From a virus (Duplodnaviria; Heunggongvirae; Uroviricota; Caudoviricetes): 64,000 nt of DNA. The notes under the pieces were generated by a model. The model searched no databases and was not told the DNA's origin. It saw nothing but the letters and a program-made list of their open reading frames with translations. Shown here in pieces: positions 21,449 to 30,838 of this stretch. Where the stretch lies: positions 197,424 to 261,423 of the IMG/VR virus record IMGVR_UViG_3300021166_000052. One strand, given 5' to 3'. The position numbers and the translations under genes were made by a program. Every line of letters begins with the position of its first letter. The first letter of the stretch is position 1.

Positions 21449-22788
21449 TGCATTTACAAACTATTATAGATTTTTTAAGTAAGGTCGATGAATTAGAAAC
21501 TGCTAAAATAATATTAACAACATTTTCTAAATATGCAAAAAATTTACAACAGTATGATGAGTTGGGTATGTTATTTGAAAAGATTAAAGACTATAATGAT
21601 TCAATAGCTATGCTAGAAAACTGTTTAAATATAGCAACATCAACAGAACAGTTATATTCAATTCGTGCAAATTTAGCAAAAGTGTATAATCATCTCAACG
21701 AACCTTATAAATCATTATTCTATTCTAACTTAAATTATGAATTAGTAAAGACGGATTATGATACTCAAATGGAACAGAGTTTTTCATACTATTTAATAGG
21801 TGATTTTAATAAATCATATCAAATACAATTAGACCTTTTGAATATTAATAATATATCAGATGAAATTCATAAAAAAATCCGTTTTAACATGGGAACATTT
21901 GAAATTGCAAATGGTGATTTTAAAAGTGGGATGAGGAATATTGTAGTCGGTGGTAAAGATATAGGAATTTGGAAATCTATAAATAGATTTTATGATAAAT
22001 GGGATGGAGGTGTAACCGATAAAACATTGTTAATATTTGCAGAAGGTGGAATCGGTGATGAAATTATTAATGTTAGATTTATGAGTGTTTTAAAAAATAA
22101 AGGTATAGATGCCATTTGGATTGGTCATAATATTGAATTGATTAATTTATTTCAAAGAAATGGATTTAATGCATGTTTAGAATCTAATATTGATCCACTA
22201 CAAGATTATGTATATTGTGAATCAATGATGTTATCAGTGTTATTAAATATAGAAGAATTTGAATTATATAACGGGTCATATTTTAAACCATCTCAACAAT
22301 ATATTGATAAGTGGAAGTTACTATTACCTGATAAATTTATTACTATTAAATGGTCAGGCAATCCATTTTATGATCATGATTTACATAGGACCGTCCCAAT
22401 TGATAGATTAATAAATACAATTAGAGAAAAAACTGATATACCCATTATTTCATTACAACTAGATGATACCGCTGGTATTCATAATGATTATATATTATAT
22501 GATATACAATCATGGGAAGATACATTAGCTATTCAATCATTAGCTAAATTAAATATTACATCTTGTACAAGTACCGCTCATACAGCATCTGCAATGGGAG
22601 TTGATTGTGTAGTTATTCCACCAATATGTACATACTTTCCATGGTTAAATTTAAATGAAAATCATACTAGTAAATGGTATGGAAAAACCACAAGAATATA
22701 TCCACAAACCAAATGGAAAGATTGGTCAGATCCACTTGAATATATTGCACAAGAATTATTATTATTAAATAAAACGGAGATTATATAA
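21448..22788 (+). CDS. putative glycosyltransferase (GT9/heptosyltransferase-like core with N-terminal helical extension)
   Basis: TLLIFAEGGIGDEIINVRF resembles the GT9 ILIIRxxxIGDVI motif. Weak. Confidence 0.35.
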   Translation: MHLQTIIDFLSKVDELETAKIILTTFSKYAKNLQQYDELGMLFEKIKDYNDSIAMLENCLNIATSTEQLYSIRANLAKVYNHLNEPYKSLFYSNLNYELVKTDYDTQMEQSFSYYLIGDFNKSYQIQLDLLNINNISDEIHKKIRFNMGTFEIANGDFKSGMRNIVVGGKDIGIWKSINRFYDKWDGGVTDKTLLIFAEGGIGDEIINVRFMSVLKNKGIDAIWIGHNIELINLFQRNGFNACLESNIDPLQDYVYCESMMLSVLLNIEEFELYNGSYFKPSQQYIDKWKLLLPDKFITIKWSGNPFYDHDLHRTVPIDRLINTIREKTDIPIISLQLDDTAGIHNDYILYDIQSWEDTLAIQSLAKLNITSCTSTAHTASAMGVDCVVIPPICTYFPWLNLNENHTSKWYGKTTRIYPQTKWKDWSDPLEYIAQELLLLNKTEII

Positions 22789-23574
22789 ATGAAAACTTTT
22801 TATTTTTTAGCGGGGTTGCCTCGATCTGGGTCAACTGTATTGGCCTCAATTTTAAATCAAAATCCGGGTATATATGTGACACCCACAAGCCCAATGTTAG
22901 ATTTATTGATAGCTAATCAAAATGCTTGGTATGATGCCCCATCGGTAAAAGCAAATCCTTTTCCAGAACAATTGACAAATATTACAAGGGCAATGATTGC
23001 TGCATCATGGCAACACCGACCCGAAAATATTATAATTGATAAAAATAGAGGATGGATGAAAAATATTGAAGCGTCTGAAATATTATTTAATAAAAAAGTT
23101 AAGATGGTTGTCACTACCAGAGATTTACCTAGTATAATGGCATCGTGGTTACGATTGATAAAAGATAACACTGACTGTTATTTTATAAGAATGCTAAAAG
23201 GTAAACATCTTAAAATTACAGATGATAGTATATTATCAGAAATGTGGTTTAATATGGTAAAAGATTGTATGGAAGGTTTAAAAAATGTTAAATTAATTGC
23301 ATCTGATAGGATACTCTTAATTGATTATGATAATTTTGTAAATAATCCATATGATATATTAAATAATATAACTACATTTTTAGAATTACCTATTTATAAT
23401 TATGACATTAATAATATTATAAATGATACTCATGATGATGATCTTACTGCGTGGGGTTTAGATGGTATGCACACAATACGGCCAATTTTACAAAAACAAT
23501 CAAATGATCCACGAATGTTATTAGGTGATCATTTATATAATAGATTTATTCATATAGAAAAACAATACAATTAA
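22789..23574 (+). CDS. sulfotransferase-family protein
   Basis: N-terminal GLPRSGSTVL matches the PAPS 5'-phosphosulfate-binding loop (PKSGTT-like) of sulfotransferases. Confidence 0.5.
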   Translation: MKTFYFLAGLPRSGSTVLASILNQNPGIYVTPTSPMLDLLIANQNAWYDAPSVKANPFPEQLTNITRAMIAASWQHRPENIIIDKNRGWMKNIEASEILFNKKVKMVVTTRDLPSIMASWLRLIKDNTDCYFIRMLKGKHLKITDDSILSEMWFNMVKDCMEGLKNVKLIASDRILLIDYDNFVNNPYDILNNITTFLELPIYNYDINNIINDTHDDDLTAWGLDGMHTIRPILQKQSNDPRMLLGDHLYNRFIHIEKQYN

Positions 23575-23603
23575 TTATATATAATTTTAATTAGGATGGT
23601 AGT

Positions 23604-24131
23604 ATGGCTGAACAACAAATTGATAAAAATGTACTTAAAAACTTACCCGATATATTACTTGATAATTTAATTGATGTGGATTCAAGTGGTGTATTAAGTG
23701 GCCAAATTTTAATTTATGATTCAACTTCAAACACTTAGAAAGCAGGAGAAAATTTAATTGATATATCATTTGAAGATATATCAAATATTGACCTAAGTGT
23801 ACCGCCCATAGATGGCCAAACGTTAATTTATGATGCTACTAGTGATAGTTAGAAACCCGGTGAAAATACATTTATATTATCATTAGATGATATTTCTGAC
23901 ATTGATTTAAGTGTCCCGCCAACTGAAGGTCAAATATTAAAATTTGATTCAACAAGTGATAATTAGAAAGCTGCTGATAATATAATTGAAATTGAATTAG
24001 ATGATATTTTAAATGTTGATTTAAGCGTTGCTCCGACAGATGGACAAATATTGATGTATGATTCAACATCAAACACATAGAAAGCCGGTGATGGTGGAGG
24101 CACTGGTATTTTAGATGGAGGTACATTTTAA
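23604..24131 (+). CDS. tail-fibre repeat protein (4 tandem ~40-aa repeats, each with one TAG)
   Basis: Four copies of DLSVPPxDGQxLxYDSTSxx(TAG)KAGE. Same repeat family as 943..2034. TAA overlaps the next ATG. Confidence 0.5.
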
Positions 24132-24343
24132 TGATTATAATTACAAAACATACACCAACCCCCGGAAAAGTTCCAACAAGTACAGATTTAGTTGTTGGTG
24201 AATTGGCAGTAAATACGAACGATAAAAAATTATTCACTAAACATACTGATAATAATATTATAGAGATTGGAGGTGGTTCCGGTGGAACTTCTGGTACATT
24301 TCCAGAAGTAGATTTATTACGAATGGCACTAGGAATAATTTAA
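24131..24343 (+). CDS. hypothetical small structural protein
   Basis: 70-aa ORF in an overlapping TAATG junction. Confidence 0.4.
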   Translation: MIIITKHTPTPGKVPTSTDLVVGELAVNTNDKKLFTKHTDNNIIEIGGGSGGTSGTFPEVDLLRMALGII

Positions 24344-24355
24344 TAGGTTAATTAA

Positions 24356-24733
24356 ATGGCAAGCAGTCCACAATATACAGCGATTCCTAAAGTAGGAATA
24401 GGAAAAATTTCAGTAGCAAATACTAGTTTAACTGGTACAGGAACACTTGTTAATGTTGTTAGTGCTGGTACAAATGGGTCAAGAGTTGATAGTGTAACAG
24501 TTAAGGCAACTACAACTACCACAAATGATATAGTACGATTATTTTTATATGATGGATCTATATATTCACTATTAACAGAAATATTAGTGTCGGCAATAAC
24601 AATAAGTTCAACTATAAAATCATTTGAAACTACCATTACATTGGGTATTGTTATTCCATCTGGTTATAGTTTATATGCATCAACTCATGTTGGACAGAGT
24701 TATAATATTCTTTCATTTGGCGGTGATTTTTAA
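24356..24733 (+). CDS. hypothetical structural protein
   Basis: 125-aa ORF. TAA overlaps the next ATG. Confidence 0.4.
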   Translation: MASSPQYTAIPKVGIGKISVANTSLTGTGTLVNVVSAGTNGSRVDSVTVKATTTTTNDIVRLFLYDGSIYSLLTEILVSAITISSTIKSFETTITLGIVIPSGYSLYASTHVGQSYNILSFGGDF

Positions 24734-26121
24734 TGAACTATGGTACATTTGGGTTTCCACTAAAACAAACTACATCGACATCATTAGCTGATTCATCATA
24801 GGCTACTGTTACATATGATTGGGTATCAGATGATAATTTTATTCCCGGTGATGTTGTTACAATGACCAAAGGATTAATAAAAAAACCGTTTTAGCCTTTA
24901 CCAGAATTATCAACTGTAACAGATACTGAATTATCTAAAATTACACATGCTGGTCAAGTGGGACTGGGCGCAGGTACTTCTATATGTAGTTTAAATAATG
25001 GTAACTATGCAACAATTGTTAATATGAGTTTTTGTATTTTCGATTATAATGATAGATTAATATCACAAGTAGCATTAGATATTTATGCGGCAGAGTATTC
25101 TGTGGTTAAACAATTAAGTGATGGTAATATATTAGCAGCGTAGTCAGCTAATGGTGCGCTTAAATTTATAATTTATAATACATCAGGGTCGGTTGTTGTT
25201 TCCGTTAAAACTATATTAGCTTCTGGTTCTCCAACTTATATAGATGCTGCTGTTTATAATGGTGGATTTTTAGTTTGTTATCGACCAGCCACCCCATATT
25301 ATCCAACTTATACTAGATATAATAATGCAGGAACTCAACAGCTTGCACCAAGAACAGTAGGAACGGCAGCTTGTACTTTTGCACATATAACAGTTTTATC
25401 AAGTGGTGATTATATATTATCATTTCTTGATACAACCGCTACTTTTGTTAAATAGCAACGGTATAATAGTTCAGATGTAGCACAGGGATCATTGACATCA
25501 TTAAATGCAATTGCTACTAGTGTGTTTGATGTTACCGCACAAAAAGATGGGGGCTTCGTGTTTGTTTAGAAAGCCACTGCTACTTATAATTTATATGTAG
25601 ATAAATATAATTCATCATTTACAAAAATAGTTACTTCATCATGGGTTTGTAAAGGAGAATCATCTGCTACCAGAGTATTAGATATAGAAGAAGCATATGG
25701 TACAAATGAAATATTGATAATATGTAGAGCAGAAACATCAGCAGGGGCTTATATAAGTAGATTAGAGCCAACTACATGTATTTTAATAAAAACCATTTAT
25801 AAAGTACAAAATGTTGGGTCGTATGCAAATATATGTGGCCTAACAAATGGTAATTATATATATACTTTCGGATTATCTGGGTCGGCTGCATTATATATAT
25901 ACAAACATGCAACTTATACTATAACTATATTAGGAATAGCAGAAAACGTTGCACCCACTGGAAATATAGTAACTGTGAGATTTCATGGAAATAATGCGAC
26001 TGATACAATCGTTCCGGCCAACGTCGATTATGGGACCGAGGCCAAACTATTTGATCATAGTTCGACAGGGGGATGTAGAGGAACGTTCATAAATAAAAAT
26101 TGTTTTTTACGAGGAATGTAA
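24733..26121 (+). CDS. structural protein (~6 in-frame TAG)
   Basis: ATG 24733. Fragments 24958..25143 and 25714..26121 are in the same frame. Confidence 0.5.
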
Positions 26122-26236
26122 TCAATTTAGTAAATATATAATAATTTAAAAAGGTTAACTAAAACATAAAAATATTGACAATATGATATATATAGTTTAA
26201 AGTATCTCTAATTAACTCAAACAAAGGAGAATTGAG

Positions 26237-27322
26237 ATGCTGAAAGTACAAAGCTATATTTTAGAAAAAGGTATCGAGTCTTTGACCACTGAGTTTGGAA
26301 TCAGTGTCAGAAAGTACGAAGAATTTGGAATTATGACACTTAATTATTCCCAAATTGATTCACCTAAACATGACGATATTGTAAAAGAGTGCCGTGCATT
26401 AATTTTAGAATTGGATGCACCTTATACTGTCGTTTCGAGAACTTATGATCGGTTTTTTAATTACGGGGAATGTCCCCTATCAGATCAGTTCAATGTAACA
26501 GATTATGTATTCTGGGAAAAACTTGACGGAAGTATTATTCCGGTATATAATCATTCAGGCGCATGGTACGCCGCAACACGTAAATTGGCTTTTGCCGAAG
26601 GAGAAAATTCACAGGGTTTTTGTTTCAACGATATGGTTAGAAATACCATTGATTTCAATGTGTTTGATGCCATTGACTCTGATTATACTGTAATTTTTGA
26701 ATTTGTATCTCCTAAAAATCGTATAGTAAAACGATACCTAGAGGATGAGGCATATCTTACCGGTGTTCGGAATAAAAGAACCGGTGAGGAACTTAATGAT
26801 CGTGAACTTATTGACTTCGCTGCGAAATATGGATTTAAAATCCCTAAATCGTACAAGTTCAAAACTCTCGATGATGCATTGGCAAGTTTGAAAGATTTTG
26901 ATCCTTTTGATGAAGGGTTTGTATGTGTCAATTATGATAATATGCACCGCATCAAAATTAAAAATCCATCATATGTAGCAATTGCTCACTTGAGGGACAA
27001 CGGTGTGATTTCTCCAAAACGAATCGCGTTGTTAGTTCTTGAACAGGATCATGAAGAATATTTAGCACATTTCAGTGAAGATGCACAATTTTTCCAACCA
27101 TTTATTGATGCCTATGAAGTAATGAGAGCGGATATTAATGATTGTGTTGAAAAGTACATGGGAATTGAAAATCAAAAAGAATTTGCGCTGTCAATTGCTG
27201 ACATCCCCGCAAAAAGTATTTTGTTTCAGATGCGAAAGGGTTTTTCTTTCGGGGAAGTCTTGAAAAAGGTTACATCTGAAGGTAAGCTAAATCTTCTTAA
27301 TAATTACATTAAGGATGAATAA
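26237..27322 (+). CDS. ATP-dependent RNA ligase, T4 Rnl1-like
   Basis: Nucleotidyltransferase motif I EKLDGS (KxDG), motif IV EGFV and motif V KIKIKN. About 360 aa like Rnl1. Confidence 0.6.
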   Translation: MLKVQSYILEKGIESLTTEFGISVRKYEEFGIMTLNYSQIDSPKHDDIVKECRALILELDAPYTVVSRTYDRFFNYGECPLSDQFNVTDYVFWEKLDGSIIPVYNHSGAWYAATRKLAFAEGENSQGFCFNDMVRNTIDFNVFDAIDSDYTVIFEFVSPKNRIVKRYLEDEAYLTGVRNKRTGEELNDRELIDFAAKYGFKIPKSYKFKTLDDALASLKDFDPFDEGFVCVNYDNMHRIKIKNPSYVAIAHLRDNGVISPKRIALLVLEQDHEEYLAHFSEDAQFFQPFIDAYEVMRADINDCVEKYMGIENQKEFALSIADIPAKSILFQMRKGFSFGEVLKKVTSEGKLNLLNNYIKDE

Positions 27323-27968
27323 TACGATTATGATAAAAAAGTGTTTAGTTGTAATGATAACGCTTTTGGTTATGACCCCGAATGCTTATGCACATAAAAA
27401 TAAAAAACATGTGCATAAGCATTCGCACAAAGTAGAAAAGTTTCACAAACCAGTAGTAAAACCAAAAGCAGTAAACGAATTGAATTATGGACGGTTGTAT
27501 AGTTGGTGTAAAGATCAAGCGCACCCCAAAGTAAATGATACCGATCTTCAACGAATTGTTGATCATGTATTAGTCAAAAAAGACCCACTTTTATTAATCA
27601 GTATGATTGATACCGAAAGTGAGTTTAGAAAAAACGCAATCTCAAAAAAACATGCAATTGGGTTGATGCAAGTTAGACCAAGTGTGTGGTTGTCAGAACT
27701 CCGAAAGGAATTCCCTCATATTAGAAATTATAATGATCTTTTAAATATTAATAATAATATCGATGCGGGAGAATATATTCTAGCAAAATATATAGAACAA
27801 ACTGGTAGTTTAAAAAAAGCTCTATATTGTTATAGCGGCGGCAGCAGTCGATATGTAAATAAAGTTTTACGAACATATTATACAGTATCGGTTGCAAGTT
27901 ATTTAGCCCAACCAATTTATCAGCAATATTTAGCTACAATAAATGTGATTGGTAAATTATTAATTTAA
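27315..27968 (+). CDS. lytic transglycosylase (SLT domain) with signal peptide, candidate endolysin
   Basis: N-terminal signal peptide. SLT catalytic motif TESEF...AIGLMQV. Confidence 0.7.
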   Translation: MNNTIMIKKCLVVMITLLVMTPNAYAHKNKKHVHKHSHKVEKFHKPVVKPKAVNELNYGRLYSWCKDQAHPKVNDTDLQRIVDHVLVKKDPLLLISMIDTESEFRKNAISKKHAIGLMQVRPSVWLSELRKEFPHIRNYNDLLNINNNIDAGEYILAKYIEQTGSLKKALYCYSGGSSRYVNKVLRTYYTVSVASYLAQPIYQQYLATINVIGKLLI

Positions 27969-27971
27969 AAT

Positions 27972-28000
27972 AAATGGGGGCCAATTGGCCCCCCATTTTT
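27972..28000. terminator. bidirectional intrinsic terminator (aaatgggggcc aatt ggcccccattt)
   Basis: Perfect GC-rich palindrome flanked by A-run and T-run, between convergent genes. Confidence 0.65.
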
Positions 28001-28524
28001 ATTTAATAATTTCAATTTCTTCGACCGGAAATCCTTGATCGTCTAAACGAGAGCGTCTAAGTGTTTTTTGTGATTTACTACCATCGGCTCTACGTTGAAG
28101 TAATTGAGCATATATACCAGTTACTTTCCTTTTAACTTTTTTAGGATAAACTTCAAATCCAGAAATATACCCTTCTTTATCCCCAGATTTAACTAGATCA
28201 CCAACTTTAAAAGTACAGTTATCTTTAATATATTTATCATTTAATCTTTTAAGTAAACTATGATATCTATATGTATCAATATTTTTATTAGTGAAATCTT
28301 CTTCAACAATAACAGTTTCTACTATTAAATTAGGATCATGTTTATTACGTAATTGATATGCTTCTTTATTATCAATTCGTACCATTGCTCTGATTTCATG
28401 TTTAATTAAATTTATTTTATTTAAGATGTCTTTACGTTCTGTATGTTTTTTAGCATTTTCTGGATTATTAATCTATTGCTTGAGAACTTTTAATGACTCT
28501 TCTAATTCATCTTTTGTCATTTTA
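27999..28524 (-). CDS. hypothetical protein, only clear minus-strand gene (1 in-frame TAG)
   Basis: On the minus strand, ATG at 28524 reads MTKDELEESLKVLKQ(TAG)INNPENAK... in frame into ORF-track entry 27999..28385. Divergent from the + strand promoter region. Confidence 0.45.
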
Positions 28525-28853
28525 ACTCCTTATAATTGTTAGTTTATATAATTAATTCATTTTAAATAAATAATTATTAATTATTTATAAAACTAATTTT
28601 GGGGATTTTTTATGTCATATATGAAAAAGTTTGCTCGATAGAATTCCACAAGTTTTCAAGTTCAAATATATCCTTACTCAACAACCAAAGAAGAACTTGG
28701 TAAAATTGTCTTTTCTGATACTTATAATTATGATTGGTATGTTAATCCATGTGTCACATGTCCCGAAGAATAGGACGTACCAACAACCATTTAGGGCACC
28801 GAAGATACGTTCAGAAAAGCTAAGTCAAAGATCGAAAGTTTCATTAAAAAAAG

Positions 28854-28882
28854 TTGACATAATACGAAATTTCATGTACATT
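28854..28882 (+). promoter_or_regulatory. sigma70-like promoter TTGACA-17-TACATT
   Basis: -35 at 28854-28859 and -10 at 28877-28882. GGAG RBS precedes ATG 28913. Confidence 0.4.
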
Positions 28883-28912
28883 GTTTATATAACTTCAACT
28901 GGAGAATAAACG

Positions 28913-30241
28913 ATGAAACAAGTAGAAATTCCTAATGATTATTTTTTGAAAATGTCCCAGAAAGATTACGGTCAGTTTGAAACTGCCCTCATTAGGGAAT
29001 TCTTTCAAAATAGCTATGATGCCCATGCAACACAAGTGGTGTTTGATTATGATACCGATTCAGGTGAATTAATCGTGTTTGATGATGGTATTGGTATGGA
29101 TTATGATACCATCACAACTAAGTTGTTAGTAATGGGTATGTCCCAGAAGGATTCCCCAACCGCAGTAGGGGCCTTCGGTCATGCTAAAATATTATTATAT
29201 TTTTCATGGGAACAATGGGAAATCAGAACTCATAATTATATAGTCAGTGGTTGTTCACATTATTATACCATTACTGAAACTGATGATTTTGTAGACGGTA
29301 CAATTTCAACAATTAAAGTTAATAATACACTGCAACAATTTAGCTATCATTTTCGTCAATTTTTTACAAAATGTGATACTAAATGTAAAGTGTTTTTGAA
29401 ATATGGAACCGATGATATGGTTGAGGTTCTTCAATCATATCAAATTGGTGATAAAATTTATTCCGATGATAGTTTTGATATCTATAAATCGGAGCATACT
29501 GGTTATTATGTAATCATCCGCCAAAATGGAGTGTTCATGTTCCAAGAATTTATTAGTGGAACAATGAAAAAACAAGCCATTGTTGAAATTAATCAAAAAC
29601 CAGAGCTACTTTTTCTTCAAAATCGAGATTATTTCAATAGTGCTATTAGTGATAAATTTAATAAAATTAAACAGGAATTTGTTAGTGATTCTATTGAATC
29701 GTTTACTGTTAATCACGATACAACTGAAACCACATTTAAACAGTATGAAATACAATCAGTGGATGAAACCAGTAATCAACTTGTAACAACTAATAAAATT
29801 GTTACCCATCAAATGGATACCGACGATGGTATTAAAGAAATAAATCGTCATAGATCAAAACGGTTGCTTCATATTGCATATGCTTACTCACAACTGATTC
29901 AAAATGATTACACTTTTGGTCGTAATATTATTTTTGGATTCACCAATGATAATAATCTTAGGGGCTTGTGGAAATATAATTCGGATTCATCAGAACATGA
30001 AATCTATATAAATTTGAAAGAAATAACTGCACATTCTCCAAATTATCGTAAGATGTCAATCATTTTACTTAATGTTATTAAACATGAAATGTCTCATGCA
30101 TATAATTATGAAGCAAATTCAAATATTCGTCACGATGAAGAATTTGTTAAAACTCTTGAACGTATGAATGATGAATATTGGGATACCACCCCATTCACAA
30201 CAAAGTTTAAAGAAATTTGGAAAAAGACCTCCAGAGGATAA
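28913..30241 (+). CDS. GHKL-family (Bergerat fold) ATPase domain protein with C-terminal HExxH motif
   Basis: N-box REFFQNSYDA, G1 box FDDGIGMD and G2-like GAFGHAKI. C-terminal IKHEMSHAY zincin-like HExxH. Confidence 0.5.
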   Translation: MKQVEIPNDYFLKMSQKDYGQFETALIREFFQNSYDAHATQVVFDYDTDSGELIVFDDGIGMDYDTITTKLLVMGMSQKDSPTAVGAFGHAKILLYFSWEQWEIRTHNYIVSGCSHYYTITETDDFVDGTISTIKVNNTLQQFSYHFRQFFTKCDTKCKVFLKYGTDDMVEVLQSYQIGDKIYSDDSFDIYKSEHTGYYVIIRQNGVFMFQEFISGTMKKQAIVEINQKPELLFLQNRDYFNSAISDKFNKIKQEFVSDSIESFTVNHDTTETTFKQYEIQSVDETSNQLVTTNKIVTHQMDTDDGIKEINRHRSKRLLHIAYAYSQLIQNDYTFGRNIIFGFTNDNNLRGLWKYNSDSSEHEIYINLKEITAHSPNYRKMSIILLNVIKHEMSHAYNYEANSNIRHDEEFVKTLERMNDEYWDTTPFTTKFKEIWKKTSRG

Positions 30242-30244
30242 TAT

Positions 30245-30598
30245 ATGATCAATAATATAACAACCATTATTATTCGAAACGATGCACTGGAATCTATCGA
30301 CCGGGATAAAGATTTTGGTAAGAATCTCGTTAACGCTATTAAATCAAATAATTTAACTAATAAACAGGTTGATATTCAGGCATCCGGTCATATAAACGCA
30401 GCTACTGTAGTTGAACAACACCCCCATACTGAAGTTCGATTGGTTGCGGTTGGTTATAATTATGGGAGTGTGTTTTGTGATACAAAAGTTAGTATTGAAC
30501 ATCACACACCTGAATCTAAAATATTGATTTTACGGGAAATTGTGAACAAATTTGGATATTTCTTGAAAAAAAGAAGTAAAACATGGGACAAATCTTGA
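30245..30598 (+). CDS. hypothetical protein
   Basis: 117-aa ORF. Confidence 0.4.
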   Translation: MINNITTIIIRNDALESIDRDKDFGKNLVNAIKSNNLTNKQVDIQASGHINAATVVEQHPHTEVRLVAVGYNYGSVFCDTKVSIEHHTPESKILILREIVNKFGYFLKKRSKTWDKS

Positions 30599-30634
30599 CA
30601 TATTAAATAATATATATTATAATTAGGAGTAAAT

Positions 30635-30838
30635 ATGGCAATTGTTAATTTAAAGTGTAAATGTATTATATGTAATACTAATCAAACAATCTTAGTACTA
30701 CAAAGTAGTATAGATGCATACAAAAGTGGAACGCTGGTTCAACATGCATTTCCATATTTAACACCAGCGGATCGTGAGATGATTATAAGTGGTGTATGTG
30801 ATATGTGTTTTGATACTATTTTACGGGATAAAGAATGA
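30635..30838 (+). CDS. small zinc-ribbon protein
   Basis: CKCIICN...CDMC Cys pairs. Confidence 0.4.
   Translation: MAIVNLKCKCIICNTNQTILVLQSSIDAYKSGTLVQHAFPYLTPADREMIISGVCDMCFDTILRDKE

Noticed and set aside
943-26121. Reading the fragmented ORFs of the structural region as pseudogenes or a degraded prophage
   Set aside because: Only TAG interrupts the frames, never TAA or TGA. Frames are maintained across up to 9 TAGs per gene. Proper TAA/TGA stops, RBSs and TAATG overlaps are preserved. That pattern indicates recoding, not decay.
943-26121. Default assumption that phage TAG recoding means Gln (code 15)
   Set aside because: TAG aligns with invariant Trp in RCC1 and papain motifs. The same repeat position alternates between TGG and TAG. 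TGG is depleted in TAG-rich genes, while CAA/CAG-Gln frequency is normal there.
28631-28909. 92-aa ORF upstream of the GHKL ATPase gene
   Set aside because: It contains the TTGACA-17-TACATT promoter and RBS for gene 28913. It is more likely a non-coding divergent promoter region.
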